Shown here one piece after another: positions 26,400-35,081 of a DNA stretch of 64,000 nt; position 1 is the first letter of the stretch; every line of letters starts with the position of its first letter. This stretch comes from Candidatus Avigastranaerophilus sp. (GTDB lineage Bacteria; Muiribacteriota; Ozemobacteria; Ozemobacterales; Ozemobacteraceae), in NCBI GenBank assembly GCA_045599645.1, contig JAZRWI010000014.1:4676-68675 (forward strand). Reading direction: 5' to 3'. The position numbers and the translations under genes are program-made. The notes under the pieces are model-generated. The model did not search any database, was not told the DNA's origin, and saw only the letters and a list, made by a program, of their open reading frames with translations.

Positions 26400-27464
26400 T
26401 TGAAAAAAGACCCATTTAAAGAATATATAAAGCAATTAGAGCCAGATAAGAAATATAAATCTTATGCCTGGCAGACTGCTATAGGACTTCAAGCTGTTGA
26501 TGGGTTAAAAACCTCCCAATATTTGATTGATAATGCTAAGAAAAATATTGAAGGTGATATTTCTTTTGATGAAATTCAGAGTCTTCTGAATAGTTATTAT
26601 AAGAAAAAATCCAATAGCAATAAAGATAATCGAACCGAAGAGGCCGATAAGGTCTCTGCAAATATTGCAAAAATACTTTCAGAGAATTCTTTTAGTTTTA
26701 CGCCTAATGAGTATATTTCTATACATAGAAAACTATTTATTAACATTTTCAAGCATGCAGGCAAATTAAGAGATTATAATATTACAAAAAAAGAGTGGGT
26801 TTTAAATGGCGCAAGTGTCTTCTACGGCAGTGCCACAGAACTTGCCGCTACATTAGATTATGATTTTTCTGAAGAAAAAAAATTTAGTTATAAGGGGTTA
26901 TCTATAGAGGCAACCTTGAAGCACTTAGCTTCATTTATTTCCAAATTATGGCAAATTCATGCATTTTGTGAAGGAAATACAAGAACTACTGCAGTATTTT
27001 TTATAAAATATCTCAGAGTATTGGGATTTGATGTTACTAATGATATTTTTGCAGAAAATGCATGGTATTTTAGAAATGCTCTTGTTCGGGCTAATTATAA
27101 TGATTTGAAAAACGGAATTTATGAAACCACTGAATACCTGGAATTGTTTTTGAGAAATCTGTTGTTGAATGAACAAAATGAGCTTAAAAACAGAACAATG
27201 CATATTAGTGAAACAGTAACTCAAAATACAGAAGATAGTTTTCAAAGTGTAAATAATAACTGTCCAAAGTGCAAAAATTGCACTTTGGAAGAACTTGCTA
27301 TATTGAAAGAAATAGCTGCTAACCCATCTGTTACACAAATAGAGTTAGCTGCAAAAATTGGGATATCTGTTAGAACAATAAAATCTAGAACAGTAGATAT
27401 GCAGGCAAAAGGGTTAATAGCTCGGGAAAATGGCCGACGAAACGGCAAGTGGTTTATTATTTAA
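26400..27464 (+). CDS. Fic family protein with N-terminal VbhA-like region and C-terminal winged HTH
   Basis: AWQTAIGLQAVDGL; Fic motif HAFCEGNTRT; NPSVTQIELAAKIGIS...G.W. Confidence 0.9.
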   Translation: MKKDPFKEYIKQLEPDKKYKSYAWQTAIGLQAVDGLKTSQYLIDNAKKNIEGDISFDEIQSLLNSYYKKKSNSNKDNRTEEADKVSANIAKILSENSFSFTPNEYISIHRKLFINIFKHAGKLRDYNITKKEWVLNGASVFYGSATELAATLDYDFSEEKKFSYKGLSIEATLKHLASFISKLWQIHAFCEGNTRTTAVFFIKYLRVLGFDVTNDIFAENAWYFRNALVRANYNDLKNGIYETTEYLELFLRNLLLNEQNELKNRTMHISETVTQNTEDSFQSVNNNCPKCKNCTLEELAILKEIAANPSVTQIELAAKIGISVRTIKSRTVDMQAKGLIARENGRRNGKWFII

Positions 27465-27477
27465 GAGGGGTTTTACT

Positions 27478-28284
27478 ATGAAGTGCAGTGATTGCCCACA
27501 TTGTTGCGAAATAACAGAAAATTATCATGGAATCTGTAAGACTCACAGATTGGTTAATGGCAGGGTTGCTTGTGGAAACTATGGCGAAGTGACCGCTCTT
27601 GCCTTGGATCCAATCGAAAAGAAGCCCTTGAAGCATTTTATGCCTGGAAGTCGTATTCTTTCTGTTGGTTTCTGGGGCTGTAATATGAAATGCCCATGGT
27701 GTCAGAATGATACAATTTCCAGAGATTTCTGTGAAAGTGTTTATATGAGTCCTGAAGAGCTTGTGGGCAAGGCTTTGGGCACTCCAAGAAATATCGGGAT
27801 AGCTTATACCTATAATGAACCTTTAATCAGTATTGATTTTATCGAAGAAACAGCAAAGCTTGCCAGTGAAAAGGGCTTGAAAAACGTTCTTGTTACTAAT
27901 GGAATGGTAAATGCACGAGCCTTTTACAGATTACTTCCATACATTAATGCGCTTAATGTTGATTTAAAAACCATAGACCCTGAAAAATATAAAGCCATTG
28001 GCGGTAATCTTGACGCTGTATTAGGCACAATTAAAAGAGCAAATAAATCGGCCCATGTTGAATTGACAACACTGATTGTTCCTGGTTTTAACGATATTGA
28101 TTCTGATATGGAAAAGCTGGCAAAGACAGTTGCTGGCATAGACCCTGAAATGGTTCTTCATGTAACCAGGTTTTTCCCCGCTGGAAATATGAAAAATGCC
28201 GAACCAACACCTGTAGAAACTGTCTACAGAATGGCTGATATAGCTCGTAAACATCTGAAATTCGTTTATGAAGGAAATATTTGA
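27478..28284 (+). CDS. amrS: AmmeMemoRadiSam system radical SAM enzyme
   Basis: C..CPHCC, DPIEKKPL.HF.PG, GCNMKCPWCQN, AYTYNEP, LVTNG, HVTRFFP, VY.GNI. Confidence 0.9.
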   Translation: MKCSDCPHCCEITENYHGICKTHRLVNGRVACGNYGEVTALALDPIEKKPLKHFMPGSRILSVGFWGCNMKCPWCQNDTISRDFCESVYMSPEELVGKALGTPRNIGIAYTYNEPLISIDFIEETAKLASEKGLKNVLVTNGMVNARAFYRLLPYINALNVDLKTIDPEKYKAIGGNLDAVLGTIKRANKSAHVELTTLIVPGFNDIDSDMEKLAKTVAGIDPEMVLHVTRFFPAGNMKNAEPTPVETVYRMADIARKHLKFVYEGNI

Positions 28285-28349
28285 TTTATTTATTGCACGG
28301 TATTTGTTTATTGAAGAATTTGCCCAATTATCGCGACTGTTCTAAAACA

Positions 28350-28394
28350 AATACGTTCTGCTGTTATAGCGGCACTATTTTAGCAGAACGTATT
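28350..28394. terminator. Hairpin between convergent amrS and brnQ
   Basis: AATACGTTCTGCT...AGCAGAACGTATT inverted repeat. Confidence 0.75.
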
Positions 28395-28420
28395 AAATTG
28401 CTAGATATATAAAAAGTGAA

Positions 28421-29704
28421 TTACTGATTTTCTTGAGGCTGGTGTTTAAATATCAGGCATACAGCCATAACAGCCAATGTTGGAATGAACCATTCAAGCC
28501 CAATATTGTGCATTGGAAGTTTTGTAACTATATCAATTGGATAAATAAAGTTATTTATAATATTTATAACACTGATTATGGTAGCTGTTATTGTTCCGCC
28601 AATAATTGCTTTTCTGGTTAGCTTAGGACAAAAAGCGCCAACCATAATCAAAACTAATAATGGTGGATAGACTAAGTCTAATATTGGACTGGCAAAGGCT
28701 ACGATAACATCTAAACCTTTGCAGGAGCTTATTACAGCATATAAACTTATTGCTATGCAGAATGTTTTATATGATATTTTCCCCTTGGATAATTCTGAAA
28801 AATATTTGGAAGTAGAACTTAGAAGAGCTATAGCGGTTGTAAAACAAGCCAGGAAAACTACTACTGCAAAAATTATCAAACCTGTTTTCCCCATAAGATT
28901 TTGCAGGATAACTTTTAGCAGTTCGGTTCTCGGAATTGATATGTTAATATCGGCAGAGGCATAGGCTCCAAGGTAGCATAAACCACCATATACCAAAAAG
29001 AGCAATATACTAGATACGATTAAAGAGTAAATTAAAATTTTGCTCGAACTTTGGGTATCCTGATAGCCTTTGTTCTTTATGGTTAGTAATATTATAGAAC
29101 CAAAAATTAATACTCCGCCGGCATCAAGAGTTTGGTAGCCTGTCTTTATAGAGGTTTCTAAAATATCGCTTTCTGAAGCTAACGCTGATGCTAATGCAGG
29201 ATTGAGTATGCCGGTTATTATTAGAATAGTTAATCCTAATAAAAGAATAGGGGTAAGATATTTTCCTACAATATCAATAACCTTTGATTGTTTTATACTT
29301 AGAAAGAATGTTAGTAAGCCGAATACAAAAGAAAACAGTAATCTGGAAAATTCTGGGAAGAATGGTTCAATAGACATTTCAAATGTTGTTGCAATTGTTC
29401 TGGGAATAGCAATTAAAGGGCCTACGCATAGCATTATGGTTGTCATGAGAACTGTGCCCCAGAATTTATTCGTCTGGTTAGTTATATTTTCTGAACTACC
29501 ACATTTGTTTATTGCTATAAACGCTATTATGCCAAGACCTATGTCAGCAATAAAATAGGCAATAAATGCGATTAACCAGGATTCTCTTGCATGAAACCCA
29601 AGATATGGAGGAAATACAACGTTTCCTGCTCCAAAAAGCATGGAGAAAATAGCGAAACCAATAACGACAATATTAATTAAATCAGTCTTTGACAAATTAT
29701 TCAT
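28421..29704 (-). CDS. brnQ: Branched-chain amino acid:cation symporter
   Basis: GFAIFSMLFGAGNVVFPP, GPLIAIPRT, D.VGKYLTP, GYQTLDA, LACFTTA, P.L..VYPP. Confidence 0.92.
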   Translation of the reverse strand: MNNLSKTDLINIVVIGFAIFSMLFGAGNVVFPPYLGFHARESWLIAFIAYFIADIGLGIIAFIAINKCGSSENITNQTNKFWGTVLMTTIMLCVGPLIAIPRTIATTFEMSIEPFFPEFSRLLFSFVFGLLTFFLSIKQSKVIDIVGKYLTPILLLGLTILIITGILNPALASALASESDILETSIKTGYQTLDAGGVLIFGSIILLTIKNKGYQDTQSSSKILIYSLIVSSILLFLVYGGLCYLGAYASADINISIPRTELLKVILQNLMGKTGLIIFAVVVFLACFTTAIALLSSTSKYFSELSKGKISYKTFCIAISLYAVISSCKGLDVIVAFASPILDLVYPPLLVLIMVGAFCPKLTRKAIIGGTITATIISVINIINNFIYPIDIVTKLPMHNIGLEWFIPTLAVMAVCLIFKHQPQENQ

Positions 29705-29979
29705 ATGAAGTTGTCTTTATTTCCTTGTTATACATGTATTTATATAAATAAACATACGATAATGCATATATAAAAATCAAATAAAATAATATTGTTTTTG
29801 GTGCCTGATGAAACTGTTGCAGTCTACGCTTTTTGATTTGGGCTATTGTCTTCTACTGTCTAATTTTCAAGCTCCTGGCTTTTTTCTTCCGGCTCTCCTG
29901 CTTTCAAGCTATAGCTTTCGGCAACTTGAAATTAGTGATAAAATATAATAGTAACACGTTCGATTAGAAGGAGTTAAAT

Positions 29980-31287
29980 ATGCTAGCTGCTTATATTATG
30001 CCACATGCACCGGTTGCTGTTCCTGAAGTAGGGCAGGGGCGCGAAAAAGAAATTCAGATGACCCTGGACTCTTATGCAAAAGCGTCAAAAATGATTGCTG
30101 AAGATGCTCCAGAGACAATCGTTGTTGTTTCCCCGCATTCCATCGTTTACAGAGATGCATTTTATATTGCAGGTGGTGATTATTGGCAGAATAACCTCGC
30201 ACAGTTTGATACTCCCGAAGTGGCTCTCAGCTATGAAAATGATACTGAATTGGCGGCCGAAGTAATTAACCTTTGTAATGAAAAAGGCATTCCTACAGTC
30301 TGTGACGAACGTGGTGCCACAAGACCAGATCATGGTTCCGTTGTTCCATTATATTTCATTAACAAGGAATATAAAGGCTTCAAGATTCTGAGAATTTCTC
30401 CGTCATTTGTTGAAAATGCCAGCCTTATGGAAATGGGCAGAATTATCGAACGTGCTGCTGCACATCTTGGTAGAAAGATAGTTTTTCTTGCCAGTGGCGA
30501 TTTGTCTCACCGTTTAAAGGAAGACGGCCCATATGGCTTTATTGAAGAAGGTCCGATTTTTGATAAAAAAGTGACAGACACTATGCGTAGCTGCAATTTT
30601 GAGGAATTTCAGCAGTTTGACGATGCTTTTCTTGATAAAGCCGCTGAATGTGGCCTCCCTGGTTTTATCATGATGTCTGGTGCTTTGGAAAATTATAGCG
30701 TTACTTCTGATTTTCTTTCCTATGAAGGTACCTTCGGCGTTGGTTATGCAGTCTGCGCTTTTAAAATACGCGATAAATATATTGAATTAGCTCAAAAAGC
30801 CCTCGAAACCTATATAAAAACTGGCGAACCTTTGCAGTTGACCTCAAAAGACGAATCTTCACTTACTGAAGAAATGATTAACAAGAAAGCCGGTTGTTTT
30901 GTTTCCATGAAAAAGCACGGTGATCTGAGAGGCTGTATAGGCACTATCGGACCGACTCAGAATTGTATTGCCAACGAAATCATAAATATGGCAATGGCTG
31001 CAGGAACCGAAGATCCTAGATTTAATCCTGTTGAAGAAGAAGAATTGCCAGAGCTTGTTTATGATGTTGATGTTCTTTATCCTGCAGAACCAGCTACTAA
31101 GGAGCAGCTTGATGTAAAAAAATACGGTGTAATCGTTACTTCTGGCTATAAACGCGGTTTGCTGCTTCCCAATCTTGAAGGCGTAGACACTATTGACTAT
31201 CAGCTAAGAATAGCCTGCGCAAAAGCAGGAATCACCGCCAGCGAAAATTATACCATCCAGCGTTTCCTTGTAGAAAGGCATGAATAA
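29980..31287 (+). CDS. amrA: AmmeMemoRadiSam protein A (AMMECR1) fused to N-terminal Memo/LigB-like domain
   Basis: PHAP, SPH, DHG..VPL, ASGDLSHRL, SYEGTFGVGY; GCFVS...LRGCIGT, DPRF, GLLLP.LEG. Confidence 0.9.
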   Translation: MLAAYIMPHAPVAVPEVGQGREKEIQMTLDSYAKASKMIAEDAPETIVVVSPHSIVYRDAFYIAGGDYWQNNLAQFDTPEVALSYENDTELAAEVINLCNEKGIPTVCDERGATRPDHGSVVPLYFINKEYKGFKILRISPSFVENASLMEMGRIIERAAAHLGRKIVFLASGDLSHRLKEDGPYGFIEEGPIFDKKVTDTMRSCNFEEFQQFDDAFLDKAAECGLPGFIMMSGALENYSVTSDFLSYEGTFGVGYAVCAFKIRDKYIELAQKALETYIKTGEPLQLTSKDESSLTEEMINKKAGCFVSMKKHGDLRGCIGTIGPTQNCIANEIINMAMAAGTEDPRFNPVEEEELPELVYDVDVLYPAEPATKEQLDVKKYGVIVTSGYKRGLLLPNLEGVDTIDYQLRIACAKAGITASENYTIQRFLVERHE

Positions 31288-31370
31288 AGCTATATTGATA
31301 AGGCCGTTAGAAACAGTATTCATCTCATGATTACGATGAAAACGATGACTGTCTTAGAATACAATTATTG

Positions 31371-32594
31371 TTAAATCATCCATATAGGAACAATATAATT
31401 TTCACGATCAATAGCTGATAATTCTGGTTTTAAGCATAGAACCGCCCCCTTTGATCGTGGGGTAGATGACTTATCTAATAGTTTAAACACTTTAACTAAT
31501 TCTGGTCCAGGATTTGACGATTTCTTTATTTCAATAGGATTAAGAACGCCATCATGCTCTAATATTACGTCTATTTCTTTGCTGTCTTTGTCTCTATAAT
31601 AATATATAAAAGGTTCTTTTCCACTGTTTAAATAAGTTTTAACTATTTCAGACACAACATAGTTTTCTAATATAGCACCATTCATAGCACCATTTTCCAG
31701 GGTTTCAGCACTACTCCACTTAGTCAGGAAACAAATAAGTCCTGTATCATAGAAATATATTTTTGGAGTTTTTATTAAACGCTTTAAAAGATTATTTGAA
31801 TATGGGCGCAAATAAAATATTATTCCCAAGGTTTCAAGTATTTCAAGCCAGTCTTTGGCCTGTTTTTGATTGATATCTGCGTCCTTTGCAATATCTGCAA
31901 CATTTAGGAGCTGCCCGCATCTAGCTGCAACAGAAGTTATGAAATGCAGAAATTTCAACGAATCAATGTTGTTGGTTATGTAATTTACATCTTTTTCAAT
32001 ATAAGTGGATAAATAGCTATTATAGAAAATGTAATTGTTGGTATTCTTGCCACTTACAATAGCAGGCATAGAACCTTTAAAAATCCTGACAAAAATATCA
32101 TTAGCATCGGCGGCTTTTCGTTCTTTTCGTCTGGCTGACAAAGAGTCTAAATCAACTGTAAATGGTTTCATATCGCTGTCACTTAGTTCAGCCTGAGAAA
32201 GTGAAGTTAATGAAAGCACAGCAACACGACCGGCTAGGGATTCCTGAACTCCTCGCATTAGTTTAAAAGCCTGTGAGCCAGTCAGCCAAAAATCTCCGGG
32301 TCTGCCATTTTTATCTACAGATATCTTTATATAAGTAAATAATTCCGGTGCATATTGAACTTCATCAATTAGCAATGGAGGTTTATGAATCTGTAAGAAA
32401 AGCTCAGGGTCTGATTTTGCTAGATTTCTTTCGTTTATATCATCCAAAGAAACATAATTTCGTTCTGTTCCTTCCATAAGTTGTTTAAGCATGGTGGTTT
32501 TGCCGACTTGTCTAGGGCCGGTAACCAATATCACAGGATATTCACTGTTGACTTCCAGAACTATTTTTTCTAAGTTTCTTGATATATATTTCAT
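31371..32594 (-). CDS. AAA_14 ATPase with DUF4143 / PD-(D/E)XK C-terminus
   Basis: GPRQVGKTT, IDEVQYAP, LTGSQ, ESLAGR, KTPKIYFYDTG, ENYVVSE, EIDV...PIEIK. Confidence 0.93.
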   Translation of the reverse strand: MKYISRNLEKIVLEVNSEYPVILVTGPRQVGKTTMLKQLMEGTERNYVSLDDINERNLAKSDPELFLQIHKPPLLIDEVQYAPELFTYIKISVDKNGRPGDFWLTGSQAFKLMRGVQESLAGRVAVLSLTSLSQAELSDSDMKPFTVDLDSLSARRKERKAADANDIFVRIFKGSMPAIVSGKNTNNYIFYNSYLSTYIEKDVNYITNNIDSLKFLHFITSVAARCGQLLNVADIAKDADINQKQAKDWLEILETLGIIFYLRPYSNNLLKRLIKTPKIYFYDTGLICFLTKWSSAETLENGAMNGAILENYVVSEIVKTYLNSGKEPFIYYYRDKDSKEIDVILEHDGVLNPIEIKKSSNPGPELVKVFKLLDKSSTPRSKGAVLCLKPELSAIDRENYIVPIWMI

Positions 32595-32602
32595 TTTGAA
32601 CC

Positions 32603-32705
32603 TCTTCGGCTAATATTATTAATAATTTCATAATAGCCGAGAAATGTCAATTAAAAAGCATAAATCTTCGGCTAAAATTATAATAGCATATAAATTAGCC
32701 GAAAA
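32603..32705. promoter_or_regulatory. Two spaced palindromes (62-bp period) upstream of the second AAA ATPase
   Basis: TCTTCGGCTA-N21-TAGCCGA at 32603 and 32665; minus-strand TTGACA at 32645-32650 between them. Confidence 0.7.
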
Positions 32706-32939
32706 TATTGTTGTTTAATGGCACCTTGATGCTTCTTGTTGCTATTAATGCAATTAGAGCCCTTTGGTTGTAAAAACTATTGTTGGTTTATCTGATTTTT
32801 GATTTATCATAATGTGAACATAGTAATGGCATAACATGGCTGAAGCCAATGATTTGCAGTCTGATAGCTAAGGAATTTTAATCATAATCATTTATGTTAA
32901 AAATTATGTTATAATGTCTTATATTAAGGAGCAGAAAAT

Positions 32940-33164
32940 ATGGGCGATATTCAGTTTGAAATTGAAAAGGAATTTGGCGTTCTCTCTACCAGTTCAAAAG
33001 CTTGGACTAAGGAACTGAACCTTGTTTCCTGGAATGGTGGAAAGGCAAAGTTTGATATACGCGATTGGAGTCCAGCTCATGAAAAGATGGGCAAGGGTGT
33101 TACCCTGACTCAGGAAGAAGCCGAAGCTTTATACGAGCTTCTTGGCAAAGCACTGAATAAGTAA
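32940..33164 (+). CDS. ydbC: YdbC / PC4-like ssDNA-binding protein
   Basis: IQFEIEKEFGVLS...WTKELNLVSWNG...FDIRDWSP.HEKMGKGVTLT.EE. Confidence 0.92.
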   Translation: MGDIQFEIEKEFGVLSTSSKAWTKELNLVSWNGGKAKFDIRDWSPAHEKMGKGVTLTQEEAEALYELLGKALNK

Positions 33165-33167
33165 TAA

Positions 33168-33203
33168 AAAATAGCTGTCTGATAAGAATCAGGCAGCTAT
33201 TTT
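33168..33203. terminator. Bidirectional terminator
   Basis: AAAATAGCTGTCTGAT...ATCAGGCAGCTATTTT between convergent genes. Confidence 0.82.
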
Positions 33204-33223
33204 GTTTATATTGAATTAATTGC

Positions 33224-33811
33224 TTAGCGTCTTATTTCTCCACCGGAAAGGGCTTCATCGTATATAGTGCGTGAACCACCTATGAATTTGGGTCTTACAC
33301 GAGCTGCAACGATATGGGCTTCTCCGATTCTGTTATTTTCTAATCTTACAGGAACGGCAACCTTTTTGAGGTGCATGCCAATCAAGGTGTCACCTATATC
33401 TATTCCAGCATCAGCTTTTATTTCTTCTAAGGCAACAGGATGCTTGAAGGTTTTGTATGCTGTGGTTGCGAAAGAACCGCCTGCCTTGGGTTGCGGAACA
33501 ACATTGACTATTTCAGCAAAAGGCACTGCATCATTTTCAACTATGATTGCTCTGTTAAGATGCTCGCAGCACTGAGCAGCCAGATAAATGCCTCTTTTGC
33601 AGAGAGTTTCATAAATACCATTAAAAACAGCTTCTGCTACCTGTAAATTAGAATTGCTGCCTATTCTGTCACCGCATACTTCTGAGCTTGAGCAGCCAAC
33701 AACAAGAATCTGCCCCTTATGAAGCTTTGCTTTTTCACATATTTCTTCGGCTACAGACTTAGCCTGTTGTTCTATATTATTCAAAGTATCATTGAAATTA
33801 TTCATTATCAT
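33224..33811 (-). CDS. TIGR01440 / UPF0340 (YwlG-like) protein
   Basis: VVGCSSSEV, AQCCEHLNRA, VP.PKAGGS, GIDIGDTLIGMHLK.VAVPVR, RPKFIGG.R. Confidence 0.92.
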   Translation of the reverse strand: MIMNNFNDTLNNIEQQAKSVAEEICEKAKLHKGQILVVGCSSSEVCGDRIGSNSNLQVAEAVFNGIYETLCKRGIYLAAQCCEHLNRAIIVENDAVPFAEIVNVVPQPKAGGSFATTAYKTFKHPVALEEIKADAGIDIGDTLIGMHLKKVAVPVRLENNRIGEAHIVAARVRPKFIGGSRTIYDEALSGGEIRR

Positions 33812-33974
33812 TCTCTGCCTTTCGTTGTTGGAATCATTATATCACAAATATGATTACTGAATCCTATATCAGATATTTATTTATGATAGCAATTATAAGC
33901 ATTTAAAACGGATTGTTTGATTTTTGATGGTTATAATGGTAATTTTATATAAAGAAAAGGTTGAGGACTAAAAA

Positions 33975-34913
33975 ATGACACAAATACTTTATGATCCGCA
34001 AAACAAAAAATCATCTAGTGGAACTACCAGGTCACAGAATAGATTTATGGCTGGAATAGCTTCAAGGTCCTCTGGTAATAGGTTTTCTAATAAAATATAT
34101 AATAATGCTGCTGAAGACAATGGTAATTTTGATGAGTTTGCGGATTCTCCAACTGTTCAAACCTTTGAATCTATTTTTTCACCTTTAGAAGATACCGGAT
34201 TATTGGCAATTTCAGATGGAAAAGCTATGATTAGAACTAATACCAATCTTGAAACATTTTTTGCTGGATTAATACTGATAGGTGTATTCACTCTTATTTC
34301 TATAAATAAAACACCTGACATGAATGAAGATACTCGTATTACATTCACTATCATCGGTATAGTGTCGATTGTATTGGGAATTTTTTTGAAAAAGGCTTTT
34401 GCTTCATATTCCGTTTTTGATAATGAACAACATAAGATTTATAACGAGTTCTTTTTCTTTTCTAAGTCTTTTCGTAAAAGCAAAGTTATTTCAAAAAATG
34501 AAATTCTTGAAGTAGCGGTTGATCATAGAAAACTTGAAGCTAGTGCTATTAATATGCAAAATGCAAATAATAATGATAATCGAGAAAAATTTGAATCTGC
34601 TGTAGTATTTTTGCTAAAGAATGGAAAACTAGCATATTTTAATAGCTTTCAAAATTGGGATGGAGCCAATGAATTCAATATGCATCTTGCTATTTCTATG
34701 AGCAGTGTTTGGGGGTTGACTTTTAAAAAATCAGGTTTTAGCAATAAATTTACTGTAAAAAAAATACGTGGAAAACCAACACTCTTTCCTGTTGATTTAA
34801 ATGAAACAAATCCTACCGATATATTAAATTCAGTATTGAGAATAACTGTTGGTTTTGTTGTTATTGTTGGTTTAATCTTTCTTATGTTCTGGTTGGTAGA
34901 TAAATTAGCTTAA
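33975..34913 (+). CDS. Hypothetical membrane protein (about 3 TM)
   Basis: 312-aa ORF with GAGG SD; two central and one C-terminal hydrophobic segments. Confidence 0.65.
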   Translation: MTQILYDPQNKKSSSGTTRSQNRFMAGIASRSSGNRFSNKIYNNAAEDNGNFDEFADSPTVQTFESIFSPLEDTGLLAISDGKAMIRTNTNLETFFAGLILIGVFTLISINKTPDMNEDTRITFTIIGIVSIVLGIFLKKAFASYSVFDNEQHKIYNEFFFFSKSFRKSKVISKNEILEVAVDHRKLEASAINMQNANNNDNREKFESAVVFLLKNGKLAYFNSFQNWDGANEFNMHLAISMSSVWGLTFKKSGFSNKFTVKKIRGKPTLFPVDLNETNPTDILNSVLRITVGFVVIVGLIFLMFWLVDKLA

Positions 34914-34947
34914 CAGCCAATCTGTAATGTATTGTGAATTATATATC

Positions 34948-35078
34948 TCTGATAGTTAAAGAGTTTCATTCATAAGCATTAATGCAACAAATTGTGGTAT
35001 AATGTTATATCTTATTAAGATGCAAAAAATATTGGCGATATTCGGTTTGCCTTTGAAAAAGAACTAGGGTTTCTTCTA
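34948..35078 (+). pseudogene. Decayed copy of the ydbC promoter and first about 15 codons
   Basis: Aligns with 32860-32988; ATG GGC GAT ATT CAG TTT became ATT GGC GAT ATT CGG TTT. Confidence 0.78.
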
Positions 35079-35081
35079 TAT

